64,000 nt of DNA from the NCBI GenBank assembly GCA_030141605.1, contig JAQGDQ010002409.1:8799-72798 (forward strand), read 5' to 3'. The translations under genes and the position numbers were made by a program. Below the pieces are notes generated by a model. It was not told the origin of the DNA and ran no database searches. It worked only from the letters and a program-made list of their open reading frames with translations. Below are positions 35,197 to 45,975 of the stretch, one piece after another; position 1 is the stretch's first letter; the number at the start of each line of letters is the position of its first letter. Origin of the DNA: Tubiluchus corallicola. Its lineage: Eukaryota; Animalia; Priapulida.

Positions 35197-37101
35197 ATGA
35201 GCGAACAGATAAAGCACGAATGTGGTATTGCTATTATTAGATTATTGAAGCCTTTGGAGTATTATCAGGAGAAGTATGGTACGTGGCAGTACGGGTTTAA
35301 AAAACTTTATCTCTTAATGGAGAAACAGCACAATAGAGGACAAGATGGTGCTGGAATATTGGGTCTGAAACTGCATGCTAAGGCAGGAAAGCGATATATG
35401 CACTACAAACGTTCAGTAGCTGCTAACCCTATTCAAGATGTTTTTGAAAAGGTGTACAATGAGTATGAAAGTTTAAAAAGAAAAACATCCTCTAAGTTCG
35501 AAGATATTAACTGGGTAAAGGAAAATCTTCCCTTTGTTTCGCAGTTGTATTTGGGACATTTACGCTATGGTACGTTTGGAAAGAATAATATAGGTTATGT
35601 GCATCCTATTATTAGGAATAATAATTGGAGAACTAGGAGTTTGGCTATGGCAGGAAATTTTAACTTAACCAATGTAGATGAAATTTTTAAGGAGTTGTTA
35701 AATGTAGGACAATCTCCTATTGACTTTGCTGATACGGTAACTGTTTTAGAAAATGTAGGGCATTTTTTGGATGAGGAAAATGATAATCTGCACAAAATAT
35801 ACAAGGAACAAGGCTACTCTAAGAAACAAATTTCACCTCTTATTGAGAAAAATTTAGATTTGAAAAAGGTATTACGCCAAGCAAGCAGTCGTTGGGATGG
35901 AGGTTATGCTTTAGCAGGTGTGGTTGGTTATGGTGCTGCTTTTGTTATGCGAGATCCGTGGGGTATCAGACCTGCATTTTATTATAAGGACGATGAGGTG
36001 GTAGTGGTAGCTTCAGAACGTCCTGTAATACAAACAGTAATGAATGTGGATGTGGAAAGTATAAAGGAATTGGGAGCAGGTAATGTGGTAATTATAAGTC
36101 CTGAAGGAAAAGTAACGGAAGAAAATATAAGGAAAATTGAGGAACAAACACCTTGTTCATTTGAGCGAATATATTTTTCAAGAGGTAATGACAAAGATAT
36201 TTACAAGGAACGTAAGATGTTGGGCAATCTGCTTACTTCCTCTATACTTAAAGAAATAAATTATGATTTAGATAACACAGTATTTTCATATATTCCTAAT
36301 ACGGCAGAACTGGCATTTTATGGTATGATAAAGGGAATACAAAATTACAATAATGTGTTAAAATTAGATAAGATAAAAAGGGCAAAAAATGATGCTGAAA
36401 TAAAAAAAATAATAGATTTTGAGCCAAGATCGGAGAAGATTGCTATAAAGGATGCTAAGCTTAGAACTTTCATTTCAGGAGATGAGGGACGAAACGATTT
36501 AGTAGAGCATATATATGATACGTCATATGGTGTGGTGAGCCCTGATAAAGATAATTTGGTAGTACTGGATGATTCTATTGTAAGGGGAACTACACTGAAA
36601 CAATGTATACTAAGGATTCTGGGGCGTTTGAAACCAAAAAAAATTATTGTTGTATCTTCAGCTCCACAAATTCGCTATCCTGATTGTTATGGTATTGATA
36701 TGGCTAAACTATCCGATTTTATTGCATTTCAAGCAGCTATTAGTTTGTTGAAAGAACGGGGTATGCAGCATATAATAGATGAAGTGTATAAGAATGCGAA
36801 GGAGCAAAATAAATTGCCTAAAGAAAAGGTAACAAATTTTGTGAAAAAAATTTATGAACCTTTTAGTTACGAGGAAATCTCACAAAAGATTGCAGAACTA
36901 CTAAAACCAAAAGACCTTGATATAGAGGTGAAAGTAATCTACCAATCAGTAGAAAATTTGCATAAAGCCTGTCCAAAAAATAAAGGCGATTGGTATTTTA
37001 CAGGTAATTATCCTACGGCAGGTGGAAATAAGGTAGTGATGAGTTCTTTTATTAACTTCATAGAAGGAAAGAATAAAAGAGGCTACCATATTGAAAATTA
37101 G
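35197..37101 (+). CDS. purF: Amidophosphoribosyltransferase (Bacteroidota type)
   Basis: KHECG, QHNRGQDGAG, GHLRYGT, CSFERIYFSRG, DDSIVRGTT and YPDCYGID. Confidence 0.93.
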   Translation: MSEQIKHECGIAIIRLLKPLEYYQEKYGTWQYGFKKLYLLMEKQHNRGQDGAGILGLKLHAKAGKRYMHYKRSVAANPIQDVFEKVYNEYESLKRKTSSKFEDINWVKENLPFVSQLYLGHLRYGTFGKNNIGYVHPIIRNNNWRTRSLAMAGNFNLTNVDEIFKELLNVGQSPIDFADTVTVLENVGHFLDEENDNLHKIYKEQGYSKKQISPLIEKNLDLKKVLRQASSRWDGGYALAGVVGYGAAFVMRDPWGIRPAFYYKDDEVVVVASERPVIQTVMNVDVESIKELGAGNVVIISPEGKVTEENIRKIEEQTPCSFERIYFSRGNDKDIYKERKMLGNLLTSSILKEINYDLDNTVFSYIPNTAELAFYGMIKGIQNYNNVLKLDKIKRAKNDAEIKKIIDFEPRSEKIAIKDAKLRTFISGDEGRNDLVEHIYDTSYGVVSPDKDNLVVLDDSIVRGTTLKQCILRILGRLKPKKIIVVSSAPQIRYPDCYGIDMAKLSDFIAFQAAISLLKERGMQHIIDEVYKNAKEQNKLPKEKVTNFVKKIYEPFSYEEISQKIAELLKPKDLDIEVKVIYQSVENLHKACPKNKGDWYFTGNYPTAGGNKVVMSSFINFIEGKNKRGYHIEN

Positions 37102-37159
37102 AACTTAGGAAATTTAAGCTTATTTTTGTTGTTGCTCTATTAGCTACCAAAATAAAAGT

Positions 37160-39661
37160 TTATGCTATTTCTCCTTTTTGTTTTTTTACTATCTCAAGTT
37201 TTAATTCTTTTTTTCGACTATCATATCCTATTTTTATAACATCTCCTTTTTTCAAATTGGATGATAAGATTATATCTGCCATTTCATCTTCTACGTATTT
37301 TTGGATAGCTCTTTTTAATGGTCTTGCACCCAGCTTGCTGTCATATCCTTTATCGATGATAAATTCTTTTGCTTTGGCTGTTATTTTCATTGTATAGCCC
37401 ATTTGTGTTATTCGCTGATACAACCCTTCCATTTCTATATCTATTATCTCGTGTATATCTTCTTTGGTTAATTGGTTAAATATAATAATATCATCTACCC
37501 TGTTTAAAAACTCAGGAGCAAATGCTTTTTTCAAAGCTTTTTGAATAATTCCCTTTGCTCTATCCTCTTCAGAATCATATCCCTTTCTGTTTGCGGCAAA
37601 GCCTATTCCTTGTCCAAAATCTTCTAACTGCCGCGTGCCAATGTTAGAGGTCATTATGATAATGGTATTTTTAAAATCGACTTTACGTCCTAAACTATCA
37701 GTAATATGCCCTTCATCTAATACTTGCAAAAGCAAATTAAAAACATCGGGGTGTGCTTTCTCTACTTCGTCTAAAAGTACTACAGAGTAAGGTTTTCTCC
37801 TTACTTTCTCGGTTAGCTGCCCTCCTTCTTCATAGCCTACATATCCCGGAGGCGCTCCTACCAAACGAGATACAGAAAACTTTTCCATATATTCACTCAT
37901 ATCTATACGTATAAGAGCGTCTACAGAATCAAAAAGATATTCTGTGAGTACTTTTGCTAGTCGAGTTTTGCCCACACCTGTTTGCCCTAAGAAAATAAAT
38001 GAGCCAATAGGTCTTTTAGGGTCTTTCAAGCCTATTCTATTTCTTTTTATGGCTTTTACGACTTTATCCACAGCATTTTCCTGTCCTATTATTCTGGAAG
38101 TGAGTTTTTTCTTCATTTTCACTAGGCGCTCGCTTTCTGCTTCTGCAATTCGCTGTATTGGTACTCCTGACATCATAGATACTACCTCTGCTATTTTTTC
38201 TTCTGTAACAGGTTCTCTATTTTTGCTTAATTCTTTTTCCCATTCTTTTTTTGCTACATTCAACTGTGCTATTAGGGTTTTTTCTTTATCTCTAAAATTA
38301 GCTGCTAGTTCAAAGTCTTGATTTTTTACTGCGGCCATTTTGTGAAATTTTACTTTCTCTATTTCTCCTTCTATTTTTAATATGTTTTTTGGTACTTTTA
38401 TGTTGGATATATGTACTCTTGCACCTGATTCATCCAAAGCATCAATAGCTTTGTCGGGAAGATGTCTATCGCTTATATATCTAGAAGTAAGTTTCACACA
38501 GGATTCTATTGCTTTCTCTGAATAGCTTACATTGTGATGGTCTTCGTACCTGTCTTTAATATTGTTCAATATGATAATTGTTTCTTCTTCGGTAGTAGGT
38601 TCTATCATTATTTTTTGAAAACGTCTTTCTAAGGCACCATCTTTCTCTATGTACTGTCGGTATTCGTCCAATGTTGTAGCCCCAATACATTGTACTTCGC
38701 CTCTGGCGAGGAAGGGTTTTAGCATATTGGCAGCGTCTAATGAACCTGTGGTCCCTCCTGCTCCTACTATGGTGTGTATTTCATCTATAAACAATATTAC
38801 ATTGTTGGTTTGAGAAAGTTCATTGAGGATGGCTTTCATACGTTCTTCAAACTGTCCTCTATATTTTGTTCCTGCCACTATGGAAGCAAGGTCTAATATC
38901 ACTACTCGTTTGCTAAACAATACGCGAGGTACTTTTTTTTGTATTATTCGCATTGCTAGTCCTTCTGCTATGGCAGATTTACCTACGCCCGGTTCCCCTA
39001 TCAAAACAGGGTTGTTTTTCTTGCGTCTGCTAAGTATTTGAGCTAGTCGTTCTATTTCTTTTTGTCTTCCTACTATGGTGTCCAATTTTTTTTCTGCTGC
39101 TGCTTTGGTAATGTCTATTCCAAAGTTGTCTAGCACAGGCGTATCCGTAGTGTTTGCTCCTTTTTTTGTTTTTCTTTTGCTTTCTTCCTCTCCTCTTAGG
39201 CTTCCTCCTTCTTCTGGGTTGTCTATGGCACTTTTTATTTCTAGTTGTTTTTTTACTTTCTGATAATCTATACCCAACTGAGACAAAATTTCTATAATGG
39301 ACTTAACTTCTCTAAGTAAGGCAAGGAGTAGATGTGAGGTGCCTGCTACACTTTTTTGAAGAATTTTTGCTTCAAGGTTGGTAAGTTTCAAGATTCTTTT
39401 TGCTTCTTTCGTAAATTGAAGCTCGTCGAGGTTAGGATTCAATTGAAAAGATCTAGATCTTAGTTTATCTTCTATCTGATATTTTATGTCTTTTATATCT
39501 ATTTCAAGCGATTTGAGAAGTAGTGTTGCTTTACTGTTTTTTTCTCTTAATAGTGCTAGAAATAAATGTTCTTCGTTTACATAATCATTTCCTAACCTTC
39601 CTGCTTCTTCCTTGCTGAATAGCAATATATCTTGCATTGTGGAAGAAAGTTTTATTTTCAT
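37160..39661 (-). CDS. clpC: ATP-dependent Clp protease ATP-binding subunit ClpC
   Basis: Clp-N repeats, two AAA+ domains (GEPGVGKS; GQTGVGKT), UVR domain and GIGF ClpP-binding loop. Confidence 0.96.
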   Translation of the reverse strand: MKIKLSSTMQDILLFSKEEAGRLGNDYVNEEHLFLALLREKNSKATLLLKSLEIDIKDIKYQIEDKLRSRSFQLNPNLDELQFTKEAKRILKLTNLEAKILQKSVAGTSHLLLALLREVKSIIEILSQLGIDYQKVKKQLEIKSAIDNPEEGGSLRGEEESKRKTKKGANTTDTPVLDNFGIDITKAAAEKKLDTIVGRQKEIERLAQILSRRKKNNPVLIGEPGVGKSAIAEGLAMRIIQKKVPRVLFSKRVVILDLASIVAGTKYRGQFEERMKAILNELSQTNNVILFIDEIHTIVGAGGTTGSLDAANMLKPFLARGEVQCIGATTLDEYRQYIEKDGALERRFQKIMIEPTTEEETIIILNNIKDRYEDHHNVSYSEKAIESCVKLTSRYISDRHLPDKAIDALDESGARVHISNIKVPKNILKIEGEIEKVKFHKMAAVKNQDFELAANFRDKEKTLIAQLNVAKKEWEKELSKNREPVTEEKIAEVVSMMSGVPIQRIAEAESERLVKMKKKLTSRIIGQENAVDKVVKAIKRNRIGLKDPKRPIGSFIFLGQTGVGKTRLAKVLTEYLFDSVDALIRIDMSEYMEKFSVSRLVGAPPGYVGYEEGGQLTEKVRRKPYSVVLLDEVEKAHPDVFNLLLQVLDEGHITDSLGRKVDFKNTIIIMTSNIGTRQLEDFGQGIGFAANRKGYDSEEDRAKGIIQKALKKAFAPEFLNRVDDIIIFNQLTKEDIHEIIDIEMEGLYQRITQMGYTMKITAKAKEFIIDKGYDSKLGARPLKRAIQKYVEDEMADIILSSNLKKGDVIKIGYDSRKKELKLEIVKKQKGEIA

Positions 39662-40155
39662 AGTACTCTTTTTTACTATTATATTATTTATAACAAAAAT
39701 ATAATTTTTTGTTTATAGACAGCAAATCTATTGTTGTTTTTTTGATATATTGCATTTAACTATCTATTTTAAGTATTAGGCATTTTCTAATGCTTCTATC
39801 TAATTTCTTGTATTTACAGTTTTATTTGAAAAATTTTAAGTAGCAACTAAACAACGGCACAATAAATAAAAAAGTATTGATTATTAACATATTTAAATTC
39901 TTATGATTGTTATTATGTGGCAACTATTTTTTTAGTTTCTCTCACTATGCAAGTTATCAGTTTGAGTATGTTGCAAACTATGTAATTATTGTCTTTTTTT
40001 GTATGATTGTTGTTTTGTATTGTTTTGTTTATTTGATATATAACACAAATTTTATACTTATTTTTGCAGGTATTGTTTTAGAAAACCTTATTGGAGGTTG
40101 ATTATGAAGTAATGTATTATAATTTACTATATTATTTTTTTAAATATACATACAG

Positions 40156-40929
40156 ATGAATTTAGATTTGAAAAATCCTTTGACATTTATTGATTTGGAA
40201 ACTACGGGGATAGATGTAATTAAGGATAGAATTGTAGAGATGACTATGTTGAAGGTGTACCCTGATGGAAAGGAAAAGATAAAAACTTACAAAATAAATC
40301 CTACAATACCTATTCCTATCGAGGCTTCTAAGATACATGGTATATACGATAAGGATGTGAAGGAGTCTCCTACTTTTAAGGAGGTAGGGAAAACAGTTGC
40401 TAACTTTATAAAAGGATGTGATTTAGCAGGTTATAATTCTAATAGATTTGATTTTCCTCTCTTGGCAGAAGAATTTCTTAGGGCTGATGTTGATTTTGAT
40501 ATGAAGGGAAGAAAGTTTGTAGATGTGCAAACTATTTTTCACAAAATGGAGCAAAGAACTTTGGCTGCGGCTGTGAGATTTTATTGTAACAAGGAGCTAG
40601 AGGATGCCCATAGTTCAGAGGCTGATACTATTGCTACTTATGAGGTTTTGAAAGGACAGTTGGATAGGTATTCTAGTTTGAAAAATGATATTGATTTTTT
40701 AGCTGATTTTTCTACTCAAAATCGCAGTGCAGATTTTGCGGGTAGAATAGTTTACAATAAGGATGGAGTAGAGGTTTTTAATTTTGGAAAAAATAAGGGT
40801 GTTACTGTAGAGGAAGTTTTTGAGAAACAAAAAGGGTATTACGAGTGGATGATGAGTCAAGATTTTCCTCTTTATACGAAAAAGGTTCTGACGGCTATAA
40901 AGTTAAGAATGAAGGATAAAAAGAAGTAA
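40156..40929 (+). CDS. dnaQ: DEDDh 3'-5' exonuclease (DNA Pol III epsilon-like)
   Basis: FIDLETTG, GYNSNRFD, AHSSEAD and C-terminal FNFGK. Confidence 0.88.
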   Translation: MNLDLKNPLTFIDLETTGIDVIKDRIVEMTMLKVYPDGKEKIKTYKINPTIPIPIEASKIHGIYDKDVKESPTFKEVGKTVANFIKGCDLAGYNSNRFDFPLLAEEFLRADVDFDMKGRKFVDVQTIFHKMEQRTLAAAVRFYCNKELEDAHSSEADTIATYEVLKGQLDRYSSLKNDIDFLADFSTQNRSADFAGRIVYNKDGVEVFNFGKNKGVTVEEVFEKQKGYYEWMMSQDFPLYTKKVLTAIKLRMKDKKK

Positions 40930-40933
40930 AAGG

Positions 40934-41539
40934 ATGAAGTTAGTTTTTATAGAACAGGGTTGCTCGTATAAAAATAAATTTCCGAATATTCCAAATGATC
41001 TATCAATCTTTACTAAGCCTGATACAGCTTTGTTGAGAAATAATGAAGATTTTTATGTGCCTCAATTTACAAAAGAAATTGTATGTAAGTTGAAATTTGC
41101 TGTAAGGATAAACAAAATAGGCAAACATATTGAAACTAAGTTTACTCGCAACTATTATGAGGAAATAGGTATTGGGGTAGAATTTTTAGCTAATGATAGA
41201 TTACGAGAAATAAAAGAACAGGGTGGAGCTTGGGATACAGCTAATGCTTTTGACCGCTCTACGGCTATTAGTCGTTTTTTATCTAAAAACGATTTTAAAG
41301 ATTTAGATGCTCTTAGTTTTCAACTGCATAGAAATAGTGTATTGATAGAGGATAATAATACAAGCGATTTTATACATTCTATTGATAATATCATTGCTTA
41401 TGCTTCGCAGTTTTTTACATTAAAAATAGGAGATATTGTTTTTATAAGCAGTTATATAGAGGGTCAGCAAATAAAAATAGAAGATAGCTTATCTTGTAAT
41501 ATTCAGGATAAAGTATTACTTAATTTTTGCATTCAATAA
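40934..41539 (+). CDS. Fumarylacetoacetate hydrolase family homologue, metal ligands degenerate
   Basis: FTKPDTALL, KIGKHI, AFD and FFTLKIGD scaffold in the usual position after dnaQ; GRNY, ExE, ARD, K-x-FD and TGTP are not conserved. Confidence 0.8.
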   Translation: MKLVFIEQGCSYKNKFPNIPNDLSIFTKPDTALLRNNEDFYVPQFTKEIVCKLKFAVRINKIGKHIETKFTRNYYEEIGIGVEFLANDRLREIKEQGGAWDTANAFDRSTAISRFLSKNDFKDLDALSFQLHRNSVLIEDNNTSDFIHSIDNIIAYASQFFTLKIGDIVFISSYIEGQQIKIEDSLSCNIQDKVLLNFCIQ

Positions 41540-41554
41540 AATTCTTTATCCCCC

Positions 41555-43495
41555 TTAATTTCTTCCATATTTTTTTATTATACTATAAGCTTGACTTAAC
41601 CCTAATTCGGCAGATTTGCTAAGGTCTGTATTAGCTTTCTTTTTTTGATTTAATATCAATTGTATAATACCTCTATTGTAGTAGGCTTCTGCAAAGTCTG
41701 GGTTTGCATTGATGGCAAAAGTATAATTGAGCAGAGATTCTTCATACTTTTGCGATTTACTAAGCACATTGGCTTTATTGTAATAGGTAATGTAAAGTTG
41801 GTGAATATTAATATCATCAATAAGTTGCTCATATAGCTCAATTGCTTCGGTATAATCTATAATGGCAACTGTAGATGAAGTGCTAAATGAATTGATATAC
41901 TCGTTCATCTCAACTATAGTGTTAGCTTTGTTAAGTAGTGCTATGTAATTTTGAGGTGTTTGAGCGAGCAATGTATCGTAATGGCTAATAGCTTGCACGT
42001 AATTATGCTTTTCTGCTTGTAGCAATGCTTGTTTTATGTGCTTTAGAACGAAGTTTGCTTCATTTTTCTGTATTTGTTCTATCTGTCTGCTGATTTCTTT
42101 TTCTGTATTTTCTTTCAGCTTGTTTGTGATATAAAGAGGATGTTTGGTTTTTGTTTGGCGGTTGATGTTTTCTATGATCTCAGAATAATGTTGTGTGCCT
42201 TGGAGTGTTTTTTTATCTGTTTCATAACTGATGTAAAAATTTTTCTCTAATGTAACTGGCACATCCTGATACTGTATGCGTCCGTCTTTTATTGCTTTTT
42301 CTTTGTCTATACCATAATCCGGAAAGTCAAACTCTATATATTTTTCAAGGTTGCTTGCAGTATCAGTAAGGGCAAAGTATTTACTTTGTTGCTTAGTTCT
42401 TATTTCATTGTATCTTCTTTCAGCTTCTTCTTTGTCTTCTATTGCTCCCGCATGATCATTTATGTTTTTTTTGGCAGATGCCCTCGCTTCATAAGCGTGA
42501 GTGAAATAAGGAAATATGTCTATGGCTTTGCTAAAATCTTCTATGGCTTGATAGTAATTTTCTGTTCGAAGTTTTAATAAACCTCGGTTATAATATATAA
42601 GAATATTTTGAGGATTGATTTCTGCTGCTTTATTAAAATTTTCAAGAGCATTACGGGTATCTCCCATTTCTTGGTAGAGCAAGGCTTTGTTGAAGTAGGC
42701 AAGTGGATTTTCTGGCTCAATTTCCAACATTTTATTGTAATCTTCCATTGCTTTTGAATATAGTTTCTTTTTGGCATAGGTTAAAGCTCTAAAATTGTAG
42801 GTGTGTGTGTTTTTAGGATTGATAAGTAGTACTTTTTCAAAATTTTCTAAGGCTTCGTCGTATTGCTCCAGTTGATATTGTGTTACTCCTTTACCATGTA
42901 TAGCATCGCTGTGCATTGGGTTAAGGTCTATAGCTTTGCTAAATTCCTGCAATGCTTCTACGTAGTTTTTCTTTTGGTTTTTAATGATACCAAGATAGTA
43001 ATGTGCTTCGTAATTGCTCTCGTTATTGGTTATTTCTTTTTCTGCAGCTATTTCAGCTTCTGGGTATTGTTTCAGCTCTATGTGTGCAATAGCTTTACTA
43101 AGAAGTAGCCCACTGTTTTTAGGGTCTGTTTTTAAACCTTGTTCAAAATCCTTTAAGGCTTGCAAGTATTCTTTTTGTTGTAGCTTTATAGTGCCTCGGT
43201 AAAATAGTGCTTCTGCAAGGTAGGGTTTTATTTGCAGCACCTTGTTGAAGTCTTGTTCTGCTCCTATATAATCACCAAGGTTGAACTTAGCAATTCCTCT
43301 GTAAAGATAGGGTTCTGCAAGGTAGGGTTTTAATTTTATAACAGTATTGGCTCTTTTAATGGCTTCAGGATAGTTCTTAAAATAAATTTCGTTACGGGCA
43401 AGAATGAGGTAACGGTTCATATTAAACTGCGAATAAACAGACTGGTAGCAAAGAAAGAGTAGTAATATTATTATGAGCAGCTTTGCTTTTTTCAT
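41555..43495 (-). CDS. Secreted TPR-repeat protein
   Basis: Signal peptide and more than 10 TPR repeats (AYFNKA, YYNRG, AYYNRG). Confidence 0.9.
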   Translation of the reverse strand: MKKAKLLIIILLLFLCYQSVYSQFNMNRYLILARNEIYFKNYPEAIKRANTVIKLKPYLAEPYLYRGIAKFNLGDYIGAEQDFNKVLQIKPYLAEALFYRGTIKLQQKEYLQALKDFEQGLKTDPKNSGLLLSKAIAHIELKQYPEAEIAAEKEITNNESNYEAHYYLGIIKNQKKNYVEALQEFSKAIDLNPMHSDAIHGKGVTQYQLEQYDEALENFEKVLLINPKNTHTYNFRALTYAKKKLYSKAMEDYNKMLEIEPENPLAYFNKALLYQEMGDTRNALENFNKAAEINPQNILIYYNRGLLKLRTENYYQAIEDFSKAIDIFPYFTHAYEARASAKKNINDHAGAIEDKEEAERRYNEIRTKQQSKYFALTDTASNLEKYIEFDFPDYGIDKEKAIKDGRIQYQDVPVTLEKNFYISYETDKKTLQGTQHYSEIIENINRQTKTKHPLYITNKLKENTEKEISRQIEQIQKNEANFVLKHIKQALLQAEKHNYVQAISHYDTLLAQTPQNYIALLNKANTIVEMNEYINSFSTSSTVAIIDYTEAIELYEQLIDDINIHQLYITYYNKANVLSKSQKYEESLLNYTFAINANPDFAEAYYNRGIIQLILNQKKKANTDLSKSAELGLSQAYSIIKKYGRN

Positions 43496-43643
43496 TCTGC
43501 AAATTTAGTGAAAAAATAGAAAAATATTTGTTAATATCTAAAAATGTAAATTTATTTAGTTAGGTAATTCACTTTAGAAGTGTATCCTAAATATAACTAA
43601 TCTTCTTATTATATTTTGTAACTTGCACTGGTAAATTGAAGTT

Positions 43644-44888
43644 ATGATTGATTTTCTGTTGGATTATTTAATTGGTTTGTTTCATTTATTGAATGAAATG
43701 TCTCCTTATCTGTTATTGGGTTTATTGGTGGCGGGTGTATTATATGTGTATTTTCCAAAGCAAAAGGTGTATCGTTATTTAGGCAATAGGGACAAATTAG
43801 CTCCATTAAAAGCTTCATTGTTTGGTATTCCTTTGCCTTTATGCTCCTGTGGGGTGATACCTACGGGAATTTCTATTTATAAAAATGGAGCTTCCAAAGG
43901 GGCTTCTGTATCGTTTTTAATTTCTACGCCACAAACAGGTGTAGATTCCATTTTAGTTACTTATTCTCTGTTGGGTTTACCTTTTGCTTTGTTACGTCCT
44001 TTCATCGCTTTATTTACAGGAGTATTTGGGGGCGTATTGGTGAACAAGTTTGTGGGGCAAGAGGAAAGCGGTATTAAACAGGAACTTAAAGATGAAGGTA
44101 GAAAAGATATTAATAAAAATAAGTTGAGAACCATATTGACTTATTCGTTTATAGATTTTTTGCAGGATATTTACAAGTGGTTGATTATTGGTATTTTATT
44201 AGCGGGTGTTATTTCTATGGCTATTCCTGATGAGTTTTTCAGTAAATATACAGGTGAAGGTGTGATGGGTATGCTGATGATGCTGGTTCTATCTACTCCG
44301 TTGTATGTGTGTGCTACGGCTTCTGTTCCGATTGCTGCTGCTTTGATGGTAAAAGGAGTGTCGGCAGGTGCAGTATTAGTTTTTTTAATGGCAGGTCCTG
44401 CTACAAATGTGGCTACAATGGTTGTGATTTATAAAGCCTTGGGCAAAAAAACTTTGCTATGGTATATGGTTTCTATTGTTGGTGGTGCATTTTTGTTTGG
44501 GTGCTTGATTGATACATTGCTGCCTAAGGAGTGGTTTACATTGAGTACTGGGAATGTAGAACCTCATATACATTCTACGTGGTTTTGGTTGCAGACATTA
44601 TGCTCTATAATATTGATAGGGGCTATGGGAAATATTTTCTTCAGAAAGTTGTTGATAAGGAAAAGAAGCAAAATTAAAAATAATGATATGAGAACTGTGG
44701 TATTTGTAGATGGTATGACTTGTAATGGCTGTAAGGAAAATGTTGAGCAAGGTATTAAAGGGTTGAAGGATGTGAAGTTAGTAGAAGTAAATTTGAGCAA
44801 TGGAGAAGTAGTTATCGAAGGTGAGAATGTAGATATAAAGCAAGTAGAAAAGGTAATAGAAGGTTTAGGGTATAGTATAAAAAAATAA
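43644..44888 (+). CDS. DUF318/SO_0444-family permease with C-terminal HMA domain
   Basis: PLPLCSCGVIP, FLISTPQTGVDS, YVCATASVP and GPATN; C-terminal GMTCNGC. Confidence 0.9.
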   Translation: MIDFLLDYLIGLFHLLNEMSPYLLLGLLVAGVLYVYFPKQKVYRYLGNRDKLAPLKASLFGIPLPLCSCGVIPTGISIYKNGASKGASVSFLISTPQTGVDSILVTYSLLGLPFALLRPFIALFTGVFGGVLVNKFVGQEESGIKQELKDEGRKDINKNKLRTILTYSFIDFLQDIYKWLIIGILLAGVISMAIPDEFFSKYTGEGVMGMLMMLVLSTPLYVCATASVPIAAALMVKGVSAGAVLVFLMAGPATNVATMVVIYKALGKKTLLWYMVSIVGGAFLFGCLIDTLLPKEWFTLSTGNVEPHIHSTWFWLQTLCSIILIGAMGNIFFRKLLIRKRSKIKNNDMRTVVFVDGMTCNGCKENVEQGIKGLKDVKLVEVNLSNGEVVIEGENVDIKQVEKVIEGLGYSIKK

Positions 44889-44931
44889 AAGTTGAAAATG
44901 TTTGTTTTTGGGCTATGTTTCTTAAAAATTC

Positions 44932-45975
44932 TTAATTTTCAATTCTTCCCCAGTTTTGTTTTTTCACCCACTCTACTACAAATTTTGCATTTTCATAGGG
45001 TATATCGGGTGGGAAGCCGTGTCCAAAGTTGAATATCCAATTATGGTTTTCCTTTCCAAATTTCAAATATACTTGTAGCATCTTTTCTATCTGTTGTTTG
45101 TCGGCATAAAGCCATCTTGGGTCTAAATTACCTTGCAACGAAATGTTAGAAGGGATGTTTTTCCTTGCCTCTATTAGTGAGGTTTGCCAGTCTATACTGA
45201 TACAGTCAGCAATATTATTATCCAGTTGGTATATCCCTGTTCCTAGTCCTTTAGGAAAATAGATAGTGGGAATACCTTGTTTTCTTACTGCTTCAGAGAT
45301 TTTTTTAATATTTGGCAGGATGTATTGCAAGTAAAATGTTTGAGGTAACAAGTCGGCGTGAGATTCAAATATTTGAAAAACTTCTATTCCGTGTTTTATC
45401 TGAGATTGGGCATATTGTATAGAGACTTCTGTTATTTTATCTAGTATTTTTAGTGATAGTTCGGTGTTTTGGTAAAGCATCTTTACGGCATCAGGAAAGT
45501 TGGCTCTCCCACTTATGCCTTGAACCATATAGCAAAAAGTGGTGAGGGGAGCTCCACAAAAACCTATAAGTGGTATATTTTTAGGTTTCTCTTTCACTAT
45601 TTGCTCTATAGCTTGGTAGATATGTAAAAGTTTTTCTTCGTTGAATTGCAAAGCTGCTAAGGGGTTTGCATTATCTTTCAAAGGCTTAGAGAATACAGGG
45701 CCTTTGTTTGTAAATTTTAGTTCCATCCCCATTGCCTCAGGTATTACTAATATATCGGAAAAAAGTATAGCTGCATCTACACCTAAGTCGTTGATGGGTA
45801 AGAGGGTAACTTTTGTAGCCAGTTCGGGCGTTTTCATCAATTGTTCAAAAGTATATTTTTGCCTCAATTTTCTATACGAATGTAGTACCCTGCCGGCTTG
45901 CCTCATAAACCATACGGGGGGACGTTTTTGTTTTTTCCCTCTTATAGCATCAGTTAGCAGATAGTTCATCATCAA
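44932..45975 (-). CDS. hemE: Uroporphyrinogen decarboxylase
   Basis: PVWFMRQAGR, AAILFSDIL, QGNLDP and FNFGHG. Confidence 0.96.
   Translation of the reverse strand: MMMNYLLTDAIRGKKQKRPPVWFMRQAGRVLHSYRKLRQKYTFEQLMKTPELATKVTLLPINDLGVDAAILFSDILVIPEAMGMELKFTNKGPVFSKPLKDNANPLAALQFNEEKLLHIYQAIEQIVKEKPKNIPLIGFCGAPLTTFCYMVQGISGRANFPDAVKMLYQNTELSLKILDKITEVSIQYAQSQIKHGIEVFQIFESHADLLPQTFYLQYILPNIKKISEAVRKQGIPTIYFPKGLGTGIYQLDNNIADCISIDWQTSLIEARKNIPSNISLQGNLDPRWLYADKQQIEKMLQVYLKFGKENHNWIFNFGHGFPPDIPYENAKFVVEWVKKQNWGRIEN

Noticed and set aside
39907-40101. 64-aa hydrophobic ORF in the clpC-dnaQ intergenic region
   Set aside because: The hydrophobicity follows from T-rich DNA, the start is TTG and it overlaps the dnaQ promoter motif.
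39662-40155. 500-bp AT-rich gap as possible oriC or ncRNA
   Set aside because: No DnaA-box cluster or stable structure seen; divergent promoters explain it, and a dif site lies nearby.
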